A stretch of DNA of 17,728 bases from Promethearchaeia archaeon (GTDB taxonomy: Archaea; Asgardarchaeota; Lokiarchaeia; Sigyniarchaeales; SOKP01): NCBI GenBank assembly GCA_046483985.1, contig JAWOCD010000032.1, positions 1-17,728 of the forward strand, read 5' to 3'. A program made the position numbers and the translations under genes. The notes under the pieces were generated by a model. It was not told the origin of the DNA. It was given only the letters and a program-made list of their open reading frames with translations, and did no database searches. This document shows, piece after piece, positions 1 to 7,911 of this stretch; position 1 is the stretch's first letter, and the number at the start of each line of letters is the position of its first letter.

Positions 1-222
1 CATATCCCGCCAAATGAAACATTTGTCGTACAAGGATCATCCGGATCAAGGACAAGAAAATAGTTCGTATCTTTTGTTGCATTAAAGGAAAGCGAATCAG
101 TAGAACTAGTTAACATATCTTCATTTTGATCCCAAATGGATGCATTCACATCCCCGGTAGCATCTTCAATAGTAAAATTATATGTAGTATCTAAGACTTA
201 TCTTTGTTTTTTTTAAATTCAT
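1..222 (-). pseudogene. Partial or disrupted gene for a probable secreted/surface glycoprotein, running off the left edge
   Basis: Minus-strand frame 191->1 is open: DTTYNFTIEDATGDVNASIWDQNEDMLTSSTDSLSFNATKDTNYFLVLDPDDPCTTNVSFGGI. It is beta-rich and acidic with four N-x-S/T sequons. An ATG at 222 gives MNLKKTKISL (signal-peptide n-region-like) in a different frame that stops after 14 codons. Confidence 0.35.
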
Positions 223-519
223 AATATTACCTTTTTATCTCAATCTAATGAACATATTCTTACAAATCCATAACTGAGGTAAAGTCAAATAAGAATATGC
301 TAAGTTATTAGATATATATACCCCCTCTTGATATATAATGTTTTTGAACGAATGGTTGAAAAACTAAAAAAAATTAAGGAAAAAAGGGAAAATTTCATAC
401 ATTTAGATGAAAAATTTACAGCAATTTTTGCATATTTTGTAGAGAGAAATACAATTTTTCTCTTTTATTGTTCTCTCAAGATGACTTATAAGTAGGTAAA
501 AAAAAATATATGGTGTAAC

Positions 520-1308
520 TTATTTTTTTTTCATTACTTGATAGATAATTGCTCCCAATAGCACGACCATTCCAACAATTGCGGTGATTACCACTTCTAT
601 GACTATTTCTGAAGATGTAAGCCGCTCGATGAGTATCCCCAGTAACACCCAAATTCCAACTCCGCCATAAACGTAATCATTTCGAGTAAGTACCGCCGCC
701 GTATATATCACAAGCGCCACTAATAGAACAATAACGGCCCAATATGTATCTGAGAGAAGAAACATAGGTTCATTAAATCCAATGCTCATTAAAAATGTCT
801 TTATTGATATGATAGTTGCGGCCGTGACCCACGCGGTATACATGCTCCAAGGAACAACCACTGCCCATTTTTCTTTGGTAGAACGTTCCACCAGATTGAT
901 CTTTAACCTTAAATACCCGATAACAAGAGAGACAAGGTAAAGAATCATAGAGAGCGTAGAAAGCCAAATGATTTGATATATCCAAAAGAGATACCAGAGT
1001 GACGTGAATATAGTTGAAAGGATGAAGTAAATACTGACTTGGTGCACATAATCCATTTTTATTTTGTTCTCCGCACTCTTAAATAGATCTCTCGCTTGAT
1101 ATATAAGAAATATTGAGAGAAACACAAATATTGGCCCCCAGATAGCAAAAGCAAACCCAACAGGGTCTATTAAACTGTCTTCACCTTGACCAAAACCCGC
1201 GTTAAAATCACCTTGACCCATAGAAAGGAGCGAAAGAAAAGCAAGACATATAATGGGCGTGAGAATGTTAAAGATTTGCAAAATGGTTTTTTTATTATAG
1301 GATACCAT
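520..1308 (-). CDS. TspO/MBR-like (tryptophan-rich sensory) multi-pass membrane protein
   Basis: 262 aa with about 8 hydrophobic segments. Motifs DPVGFAFAIWGPIF (cf. TPAGYAFSIWGxIY) and SMYTAWVTAAT (cf. YxGWxxVAT) fit this family. Confidence 0.65.
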   Translation of the reverse strand: MVSYNKKTILQIFNILTPIICLAFLSLLSMGQGDFNAGFGQGEDSLIDPVGFAFAIWGPIFVFLSIFLIYQARDLFKSAENKIKMDYVHQVSIYFILSTIFTSLWYLFWIYQIIWLSTLSMILYLVSLVIGYLRLKINLVERSTKEKWAVVVPWSMYTAWVTAATIISIKTFLMSIGFNEPMFLLSDTYWAVIVLLVALVIYTAAVLTRNDYVYGGVGIWVLLGILIERLTSSEIVIEVVITAIVGMVVLLGAIIYQVMKKK

Positions 1309-1449
1309 AGTACTAGAAATGAATGATCTTGGCTTCTTAAATACGCCTCTTATAGATAATTAATCATTATTCAAAATTGGAGTGAAATGAGTTTCTTTTT
1401 GATCTTAATTAAAAAATTTTTTCTATAAATTATACTTTAAAATATTGAA

Positions 1450-2181
1450 ATGGTTGATTTATCCCAGTTTGGTTTGAAGAAGAATAATTTGTATGAAGTA
1501 TTAGCAACCACATGGCAGAAAGATGCGGAAAATGATGAGGTAATCCCAAATACGGCTTGTATGGGAATCCGAATGATGGATAGACAGCATATTTCAATAG
1601 GGCCCTATTCAACCACAAAAACTTACAAAAACTTGAAAGAGAATGGTTGGGTGGTTTTAAACTTAATAAACAATATGAAATTATTTGCATTTGGAGCATT
1701 AAAGCATCCAGACGCAAAACATCCGGAATTACGAGAATTTCCTCGTAAATTTTATGATTATTACAGTCAAAAAAATAAAAAATTTCAAAAACTAAAGGAT
1801 ATCTCTCAGGAAATTCCTTTTATCGCAAAATCTTGGGGGATCTTATTAGGAAAGGTAATCACTCAAGAAAGTTCTCTCAAAAAGGATGAACTGGGAGAGA
1901 AAAAAATCACTTCCTTCAAAGTGGAAATAAATTTTTGCAATAAATTGAGAAAATGCTATGATTTAATCAATCGAGCAGAGAATTTAGCGTTAGAAACTAT
2001 AATTATAGCGACCAGAATGAAGGTTGCCGTAGAAGAACAGAATGCGACCAAGCTTCAAACCTTAAAAAAGAAAGCTTTAGATCATATAAACAAAATCGAA
2101 AGATTTGGGGAAAATAAGGATGCTTTACAAGCGATAGAATATGTAAAGGATTACTTGGCTTGTTTCAATATTACTTTTTAG
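1450..2181 (+). CDS. DUF447 family protein (split-barrel fold, H4MPT-cluster associated)
   Basis: Motifs YEVLATT, PNTACMGI, TKTYKNLKENGWVVLN and INRAENLALETIIIATR match the DUF447 pattern (ExIxTT..PNAAPMG..TxxNL..NRA..E..I.ATR). Adjacent to mptD/mptG. Confidence 0.75.
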   Translation: MVDLSQFGLKKNNLYEVLATTWQKDAENDEVIPNTACMGIRMMDRQHISIGPYSTTKTYKNLKENGWVVLNLINNMKLFAFGALKHPDAKHPELREFPRKFYDYYSQKNKKFQKLKDISQEIPFIAKSWGILLGKVITQESSLKKDELGEKKITSFKVEINFCNKLRKCYDLINRAENLALETIIIATRMKVAVEEQNATKLQTLKKKALDHINKIERFGENKDALQAIEYVKDYLACFNITF

Positions 2182-2189
2182 ATCTGTTT

Positions 2190-2209
2190 CTTGATTTAGC
2201 TTGATTTAG
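2190..2209. repeat. Perfect 10-bp tandem duplication (CTTGATTTAG x2) between convergent genes
   Basis: cttgatttag at 2190-2199 and 2200-2209, overlapping the palindrome GATTTA-G-TAAATC (2203-2215). Confidence 0.8.
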
Positions 2210-2217
2210 TAAATCTA

Positions 2218-2610
2218 TTAATTCTCTTTAATCTCCTCAATATACATAAGCGGATAATCCAATTCTTCAGCCCAACTGACTCGTGCCTTGACGGTTACAG
2301 TTTCATATTTAACCTCAAGGCGCGCCGAGATGAGTTTTCCGGTAATTTCATCATAGTCAAATTGGTGTTCCTTGCTCCCGATTATTTTTTCTTCATTCAA
2401 GTTCACACTCACTGAGTTTACATAGGGTTGGCATCCGATTGCAGCCTCAATTCCTTTTTCAATAGAATTAATCACCGCGGTGTTGGAAGAAATGGGAATT
2501 CCGCATAAGATATGATATAATGCACCCAATTTTATACCCGCTTCAAAACATGCCCGTTCTCTGAAATTTAAATCCTCTGAAAAATACAGATTCTCTTTTT
2601 TCTCTACCAT
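2218..2610 (-). CDS. mptD: Archaeal dihydroneopterin aldolase (DUF381/MptD family)
   Basis: RERACFEAGIKLGALYH..GIP..IEKGIE..CQPYV and C-terminal EELDYPLMYI are the family signatures. Lies 12 bp downstream of the RFAP synthase gene. Confidence 0.85.
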   Translation of the reverse strand: MVEKKENLYFSEDLNFRERACFEAGIKLGALYHILCGIPISSNTAVINSIEKGIEAAIGCQPYVNSVSVNLNEEKIIGSKEHQFDYDEITGKLISARLEVKYETVTVKARVSWAEELDYPLMYIEEIKEN

Positions 2611-2622
2611 AAATTCTCAATC

Positions 2623-3627
2623 TCAGTCTAAATACTCTACCCTTGCTCCCGTATTATTCGGTTTAGAAATATATACATGTCCACCAATCCCCTCAAGCAG
2701 GGCTTCTACATCCTTTCTTAATTTTATTGCTTCTTCAGCAGATTCGGTAATACCTAGTACACTGGGTCCAAATGACGACATTCCGAAAGCTTTTAATCCA
2801 TAATCATCAAAGAATTTTAATAATTTTTTCACTATTTCATGCTGCAAGCTAATTTCTATTTTTTTAAATCCAATACTCTGAATGCGCTTTAGACCTTCAC
2901 CGAAGCATTTCAGATCGTTTTTAAGTAACCCCGGAATCACTTTCATAATAATTTGATGAGACACTTCATTTACCTCAGTTCTCGGAATGGGCGCATGTTT
3001 TTGGAAAATTGATACCTCTTCATCACCATAAGCTCCCTTCTCCACATTTGGAATGACTAAAAGAAATCTCCAATTCCTTGGTATGGGATAAGTAAGAATT
3101 GTGAGTGCCGGATTAGCACTCCCTGCTGCTGAGGAGGGTAGGAATGATTCTTTTTCTTTTCCCTTGCCAAAATCGTGTCCTCCATCCAAAATAAAGCCTC
3201 CACTGTCAAACCCCCGCCATCCAATCCCAGACGTTCCGCCCCTCTCAACGATATCCGTCAATTCTCTGGTTGGAATATCCAATTTTTTTAATTTCATAAT
3301 CGCAGTGGCGATTGCAAGTGATAGTTGCGTCTTTGAACCAAGCCCGACGTGACTCGGGTAATAACGCTTTAAATTAAAATGGAAATTCTTATTATTGATA
3401 TTATAAGTTTTAAAAACTTTAGAGGCTTTTCGGTTAATGACATCAATAGATTCCCGATAATATCTATGCGCTTCTATTTTAAATTCTTTTGCAGAGTTAG
3501 ACGCTTCAAATACAACATTAGGCTTATCAAGCATAAGACCTATTCCGCCATCAACTCTTCCCGTATATCCATTCTCGTCAATGAGTGATAGATGTATTCG
3601 ACAAGGAGTTGTAATCCTGATCTTCAT
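2623..3627 (-). CDS. mptG: Beta-ribofuranosylaminobenzene 5'-phosphate (beta-RFAP) synthase, GHMP-kinase fold
   Basis: TPCRIHLSLID..GRVDGGIG, HVGLGSKTQLSLA, RGGTSGIG, GGFILDGGH, FLPSS, GMSSFGP and C-terminal PNNTGA. Confidence 0.9.
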   Translation of the reverse strand: MKIRITTPCRIHLSLIDENGYTGRVDGGIGLMLDKPNVVFEASNSAKEFKIEAHRYYRESIDVINRKASKVFKTYNINNKNFHFNLKRYYPSHVGLGSKTQLSLAIATAIMKLKKLDIPTRELTDIVERGGTSGIGWRGFDSGGFILDGGHDFGKGKEKESFLPSSAAGSANPALTILTYPIPRNWRFLLVIPNVEKGAYGDEEVSIFQKHAPIPRTEVNEVSHQIIMKVIPGLLKNDLKCFGEGLKRIQSIGFKKIEISLQHEIVKKLLKFFDDYGLKAFGMSSFGPSVLGITESAEEAIKLRKDVEALLEGIGGHVYISKPNNTGARVEYLD

Positions 3628-3836
3628 AAAAAATTTTCAAAAATTTTTAATACTACTAATTGATTATTATTTTTTGTTTCTTTAAAATTCTCTGATAAAA
3701 TCCTACATTTCCTTTTATTATGTTTTAATTTATATTTCTTATATTTCTTTTGGGGGTTAGAATTGCAAAGAAATGTTCTTAAACTAGATTTATAGTAGTA
3801 AGAATGCAGAAAATAGAAAGAAAAAAAGTGATTATT

Positions 3837-6008
3837 TTAAAAAAACGGAATAAAGGCGAACCTAATTATTCCTCCAATGAATATAGCCAATCCAATTTCC
3901 AATAGTGAGATTTCTAAGGCATATTTCCAGCTCGTTTCCCTAGCCATTACGATGATCGTTGCGAAACAAGGTATATAAAGCATGGTAACCAGCGAAAACG
4001 TGATCATCTGAACAGGGGTAAGTAATTGTAGGATTGTCGTTCCAGAAGAGGATGCCAACACACCTAAGAGCACTAATGTTAACTCTTTTCTTAGGATTCC
4101 ATAAATCAAGAAGACCCCCGTGATTAAGGGAAGGCCCAACCAGAACACCGTTATTGGTGAAAGCACCAAATTTATAGGATCTAAGAGGCGAAATTGAAGG
4201 AAAATTTCCAATATCATTCCTAAAATAATAATTAGAGGAAGGGCTTTATAGACAAATTCCTTGGTTCGGATCCACGTCTGTTTTAAAATGACTTTCGTAT
4301 TGGGGTATCGATAATCGTGCATCTCCATAATTAGTTCAGTAGAACAGCCCGGCATCAGTTTATTCAAGATCTTTCCAATAATCATAATTACTGAAAAATT
4401 GATAATAAACAAAATGAGGACCCAGATCATTCCTAAATATCGGCCAACTAACCCTAAAACCACCGTCATAACTGCGGCACAAGGAATAAGTGAAGTTAAA
4501 GCTACGGAAATCTTTTTTTCCCTTTGGGTCTCCATAATCCTACAGCCCGCACATGCAGGTACATTACAACCAAATCCCAATATCATCGGAATAATTGTTT
4601 TTCCATGTACTCCAACGATGTGCATAAATTTATCCATAAGAAATGCTGCTCGCGGTAAATAACCTGAATCTTGTAATATCTCAATCACTAAAAAAAATGG
4701 TACCACATATACTAATACGCCTCCAACTCCACCTATAAATGCTCCTATTCCTCCATTCCAGAGCGTTCTTATCCATAAATTATTTTCATTATACACACTA
4801 TAAATTTGGAGAGACCATTGAGTATATAAATCATCAAGTAAACCACCTAAAAAATCCCCTACAGAGAAGGTAAATGTATATATTCCGAGGATTACCAAGG
4901 CTAGAATAATGTAACCCCAAAATGAATGGGTAGTAAGATGATCCAATCGGTCTGCTAAGGAAATTTTATGAGCGTCATGGTCTGATTTGAGTATGAGAAC
5001 TTCCTCAATAATTTGGTTAATAAGATTATATATTTCGGATGATATAATGGTATTTATATCTTCTCCATGGATTTCCTCAAGGTCTTGACGATATGTATCG
5101 GCCAAGCTCAAAATCTTCTGTGTATCTTCGTTTTTCTTGAATAGATTATTTATTTCTTCATCATTCTCTAAAACTTTTATTGCTAAAAAACGCGGAGGAT
5201 AATTGGTCTGTAACTTTCCCGTTTCTTGTTTTTGACCTGAAATTATTGGGTTAATTTCATCAATTAGAGATTCAATTCGGCTCTCTACTTCCTTACCAAA
5301 TTTTATAAGATGAGATAAATCAGGGAACTGGAAACTTTCCTTGGGAGACTTTTTGTGGGACAAATTTAAACTGATTTCCCCCATCCTTTTATCATGCGTT
5401 AATTTTTCGTGGGTGTTTTTCCCATCTTTAATATAATGAGGATGGAAATGATGGAAAACTACCATTTCTATTGCTTCTTCGAGAAGTTGATGTACGCCAA
5501 CTCCATGGACGGCTACAAGCGGCAGAACAGGAAGTTTAAATATCTCTTCAAGTTTCTTAAAGTCCAAATCCATGTTTCGTTTTCTTAAAATATCCATTTG
5601 ATTGACGGCTATAATTACCGGCACTTCGAGCTCCAATAGTTGAAATGTTAAGAAAAGGTTTCGCTCTAAATTAGTCGCATCGATTACGTTAATAATAACA
5701 TCAACCTCATCAGAAACGATATATTCTCTGCTTACTATTTCTTCTAATGTATAAGTGGATAAACTGTAAATGCCAGGTAAGTCTACAATGTTAAATTCAT
5801 AGCCTAAAAAATCCAAAGTTCCCTCCATTCGCTCTACTGTTTTTCCGGGCCAATTCCCAATCGTCTGTGACATTCCTGTAAGTTGGTTAAAAATCACGCT
5901 CTTTCCGACATTTGGATTTCCGGCTAATGCAATATTTATCTCATTATTATAGTGCCCCTTGTTTTTCAGTTCTTCTCTTTTCTCAGATTTAGATGTTAAA
6001 TCACTCAT
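3837..6008 (-). CDS. feoB: Ferrous iron transporter FeoB
   Basis: G1 GNPNVGKS, G2 NWPGKTVE, G3 DLPGIYSL, G4 NQMD. Membrane domain with QDSGYLPRAAF, GFGCNVPA, LRKE and LYIPCFAT. Confidence 0.97.
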   Translation of the reverse strand: MSDLTSKSEKREELKNKGHYNNEINIALAGNPNVGKSVIFNQLTGMSQTIGNWPGKTVERMEGTLDFLGYEFNIVDLPGIYSLSTYTLEEIVSREYIVSDEVDVIINVIDATNLERNLFLTFQLLELEVPVIIAVNQMDILRKRNMDLDFKKLEEIFKLPVLPLVAVHGVGVHQLLEEAIEMVVFHHFHPHYIKDGKNTHEKLTHDKRMGEISLNLSHKKSPKESFQFPDLSHLIKFGKEVESRIESLIDEINPIISGQKQETGKLQTNYPPRFLAIKVLENDEEINNLFKKNEDTQKILSLADTYRQDLEEIHGEDINTIISSEIYNLINQIIEEVLILKSDHDAHKISLADRLDHLTTHSFWGYIILALVILGIYTFTFSVGDFLGGLLDDLYTQWSLQIYSVYNENNLWIRTLWNGGIGAFIGGVGGVLVYVVPFFLVIEILQDSGYLPRAAFLMDKFMHIVGVHGKTIIPMILGFGCNVPACAGCRIMETQREKKISVALTSLIPCAAVMTVVLGLVGRYLGMIWVLILFIINFSVIMIIGKILNKLMPGCSTELIMEMHDYRYPNTKVILKQTWIRTKEFVYKALPLIIILGMILEIFLQFRLLDPINLVLSPITVFWLGLPLITGVFLIYGILRKELTLVLLGVLASSSGTTILQLLTPVQMITFSLVTMLYIPCFATIIVMARETSWKYALEISLLEIGLAIFIGGIIRFAFIPFF

Positions 6009-6068
6009 TCTTATTTCACTATGTAATATTTAGTCCTCAGAATAAGACTATTTTGTGTCTGTAAAATT

Positions 6069-6350
6069 TTAGACAGGACAAGTTTCTCCACATTCTACAA
6101 GAACTTTTTCTGCTAACCCTTGGCCAATGGCTAAGGAGGAGCCTTTTATTTCAATCTCGAGAGGCCCTCTAAAGGGAGCTTCTCTTTTTTTAACTATTTC
6201 AGAGCCAGGTATAAGGCCCATGTTGCCCAAGCGTTGTTTAGCTCTTGTATTTGCATTAACTGCAACTACTGTTAATATAGTTCCATTTTCACACTCGGTT
6301 AAACATTTCCTTAATGTTGTGGTTTGTGAATCATTAATCGCTTTTGCCAT
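6069..6350 (-). CDS. feoA: FeoA family protein (copy 1, four Cys)
   Basis: KQRLGNMGLIPGSEI..APFRGPLEIEIKGSSLAIGQGLAEKV is the FeoA signature. Directly upstream of feoB. Confidence 0.93.
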   Translation of the reverse strand: MAKAINDSQTTTLRKCLTECENGTILTVVAVNANTRAKQRLGNMGLIPGSEIVKKREAPFRGPLEIEIKGSSLAIGQGLAEKVLVECGETCPV

Positions 6351-6386
6351 TTTTATTGACTCGATTATGTAAATTTTATAACTTAT

Positions 6387-6436
6387 CCTATATACAAAAT
6401 ATAGGTATATTTTATAAATATTTTGGTATAACTAAA
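6387..6436 (-). promoter_or_regulatory. feoA1-feoB promoter: TATA box, upstream imperfect palindrome (candidate DtxR/MntR-type operator) and downstream inverted repeat
   Basis: TTTATAAA at 6411-6418. Minus-strand TTTAGTTATACCAAAA at 6421-6436 (12/16 self-complementary). Perfect inverted repeat CCTATAT-ACAAA-ATATAGG at 6387-6405. Confidence 0.55.
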
Positions 6437-6850
6437 TAAGTAAAAAAAATAATAGAAAAAGGTTGGTAATTGTATTTTTTTATGAATATATTTATTCTAT
6501 TTTAGGTAATTAATCATTTAATTGATATATATATTGAGAGCAAGAAAATAAAAATAAGAATATCGTTTATCCTCTTTTAAAACAGCTTACTTTAGATTAA
6601 TTCGGATTTATTCAATAAGATAATGATCTTAGGATTCTAAAAGGGAATTTTAAAAAAATTTGCTTAAGATGATATTTCGAAATTTACATTAACGGTCAGC
6701 TCAGATAAGATTAAAATCTATATGGGAAAGATTTATATATAAAAATCTATTTATTAATAAATTAGAGAAAGCGAACTATAAGATCTATAGGGAATTCTGA
6801 AAAACTTATAGTCAATAAATTGATTAATTTTAAATGGGTGGTGTGTCAGT

Positions 6851-7246
6851 TTGACTAATATTTTAATAGCAGAAGATGATAATTCTCTTCGGATGCTTTA
6901 TGAAAAAGCTTTAACGCATAATGGATATCATGTAATTCATCCCTCTGCAAAAAATGGAAAAGAAGCAATATCAATCTTCAAGAATTCCGATAAAAAGCCC
7001 GATATAATCATAATGGACCACAGAATGCCCCTAAAGAGCGGACTTGAGGCAACGAAGGAAATATTAAAAATGAATAGGGATACTAAAATCATATTTGCGA
7101 GTGCTGATAGATCCGTGCGAGAGAAAGCACTTGAGTTAGGAGTTTTAAGTTTTAAAGATAAGCCTTTCACGCTTCAGCGATTGCTCGAAAATATAAAGAA
7201 AGCTTTGGGAAACAATGAATCAGAAAAGCAAGGAATATATCAATGA
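6851..7246 (+). CDS. Single-domain response regulator (CheY-like receiver)
   Basis: ILIAEDD, PDIIIMDHRMP (phospho-acceptor Asp), SGLEA, IIFASA and KPF. No output domain. TTG start preceded by a GGTG-containing SD-like motif. Confidence 0.93.
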   Translation: MTNILIAEDDNSLRMLYEKALTHNGYHVIHPSAKNGKEAISIFKNSDKKPDIIIMDHRMPLKSGLEATKEILKMNRDTKIIFASADRSVREKALELGVLSFKDKPFTLQRLLENIKKALGNNESEKQGIYQ

Positions 7247-7273
7247 TTAGGAAAGGATATCTTTCTTCACTTT

Positions 7274-7573
7274 TTATAATTGCTTAACCATAATTTTACT
7301 TGCAAGGCCTCTACCTAATGCTAAAGTGGACCCTTTTACTTCCACTTCTACTGGCCCCCGAAAAGGAGCAGATTTGTTTTTTCTGATAACAACCCCGGGC
7401 ACAATTCCTAAATTTGCCAAGCGTTGTTTAGCCCCCCGACCAGAATTAACAGTCACTACTTTAAGATCTGCTTTAGTTGGACATTCTGTAAGGCATTTCA
7501 TTAAATTCTGCGATTGAACATTAAAGGACGTCCGGTCCGTAGGGCTAGGATGATTTTCGGATTTTTCAACCAT
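7274..7573 (-). CDS. feoA: FeoA family protein (copy 2)
   Basis: KQRLANLGIVPGVVI..APFRGPVEVEVKGSTLALGRGLASKI; clear paralogue of 6069..6350. Confidence 0.93.
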   Translation of the reverse strand: MVEKSENHPSPTDRTSFNVQSQNLMKCLTECPTKADLKVVTVNSGRGAKQRLANLGIVPGVVIRKNKSAPFRGPVEVEVKGSTLALGRGLASKIMVKQL

Positions 7574-7627
7574 AATCCTTAAAGCACCAAAAAAGAATAC
7601 ATTCTATATAAATAAAAGGATGGAATG

Positions 7628-7653
7628 TTTTAAAAGTCTTCGATAAAACTAAA
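7628..7653 (-). promoter_or_regulatory. feoA2 promoter: TATA box plus a box homologous to the feoA1 operator
   Basis: TTTTAAAA at 7628-7635 and minus-strand TTTAGTTTTATCGAAG at 7638-7653. Same 2-nt gap to the TATA box as at feoA1. Confidence 0.5.
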
Positions 7654-7911
7654 ATCATAAATAAAAACATAAAAAATGTAAGATTAAAATCCTCTTTTTT
7701 CAATTTATGAGCCCCATTATTTATACTTTAATATTTCTGGAAAGAATTCATTTAGAATTATTTGGGGATTTAAGATAATAAAATTTAGTTATTGTTCCGA
7801 AACAATTCTCCAACGCTTTTCTATAACTGATAAGAAGTTAGCGAAAATCAAATTTTTTTACCTTATATTTATTATTCTAAGTAGTTCAAAAAATATTCAA
7901 TAAGAAGAAAA

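Noticed and set aside
773-3588. Short ORFs 773..985, 1430..1717, 3057..3248, 3101..3352 and 3379..3588
   Set aside because: They are antisense or alternate-frame shadows of well-supported genes and carry no motifs.
4399-7517. Short ORFs 4399..4662, 6127..6372, 6937..7170 and 7326..7517
   Set aside because: Antisense to feoB, feoA or the receiver. The similarity between 6127..6372 and 7326..7517 only mirrors the feoA paralogy.
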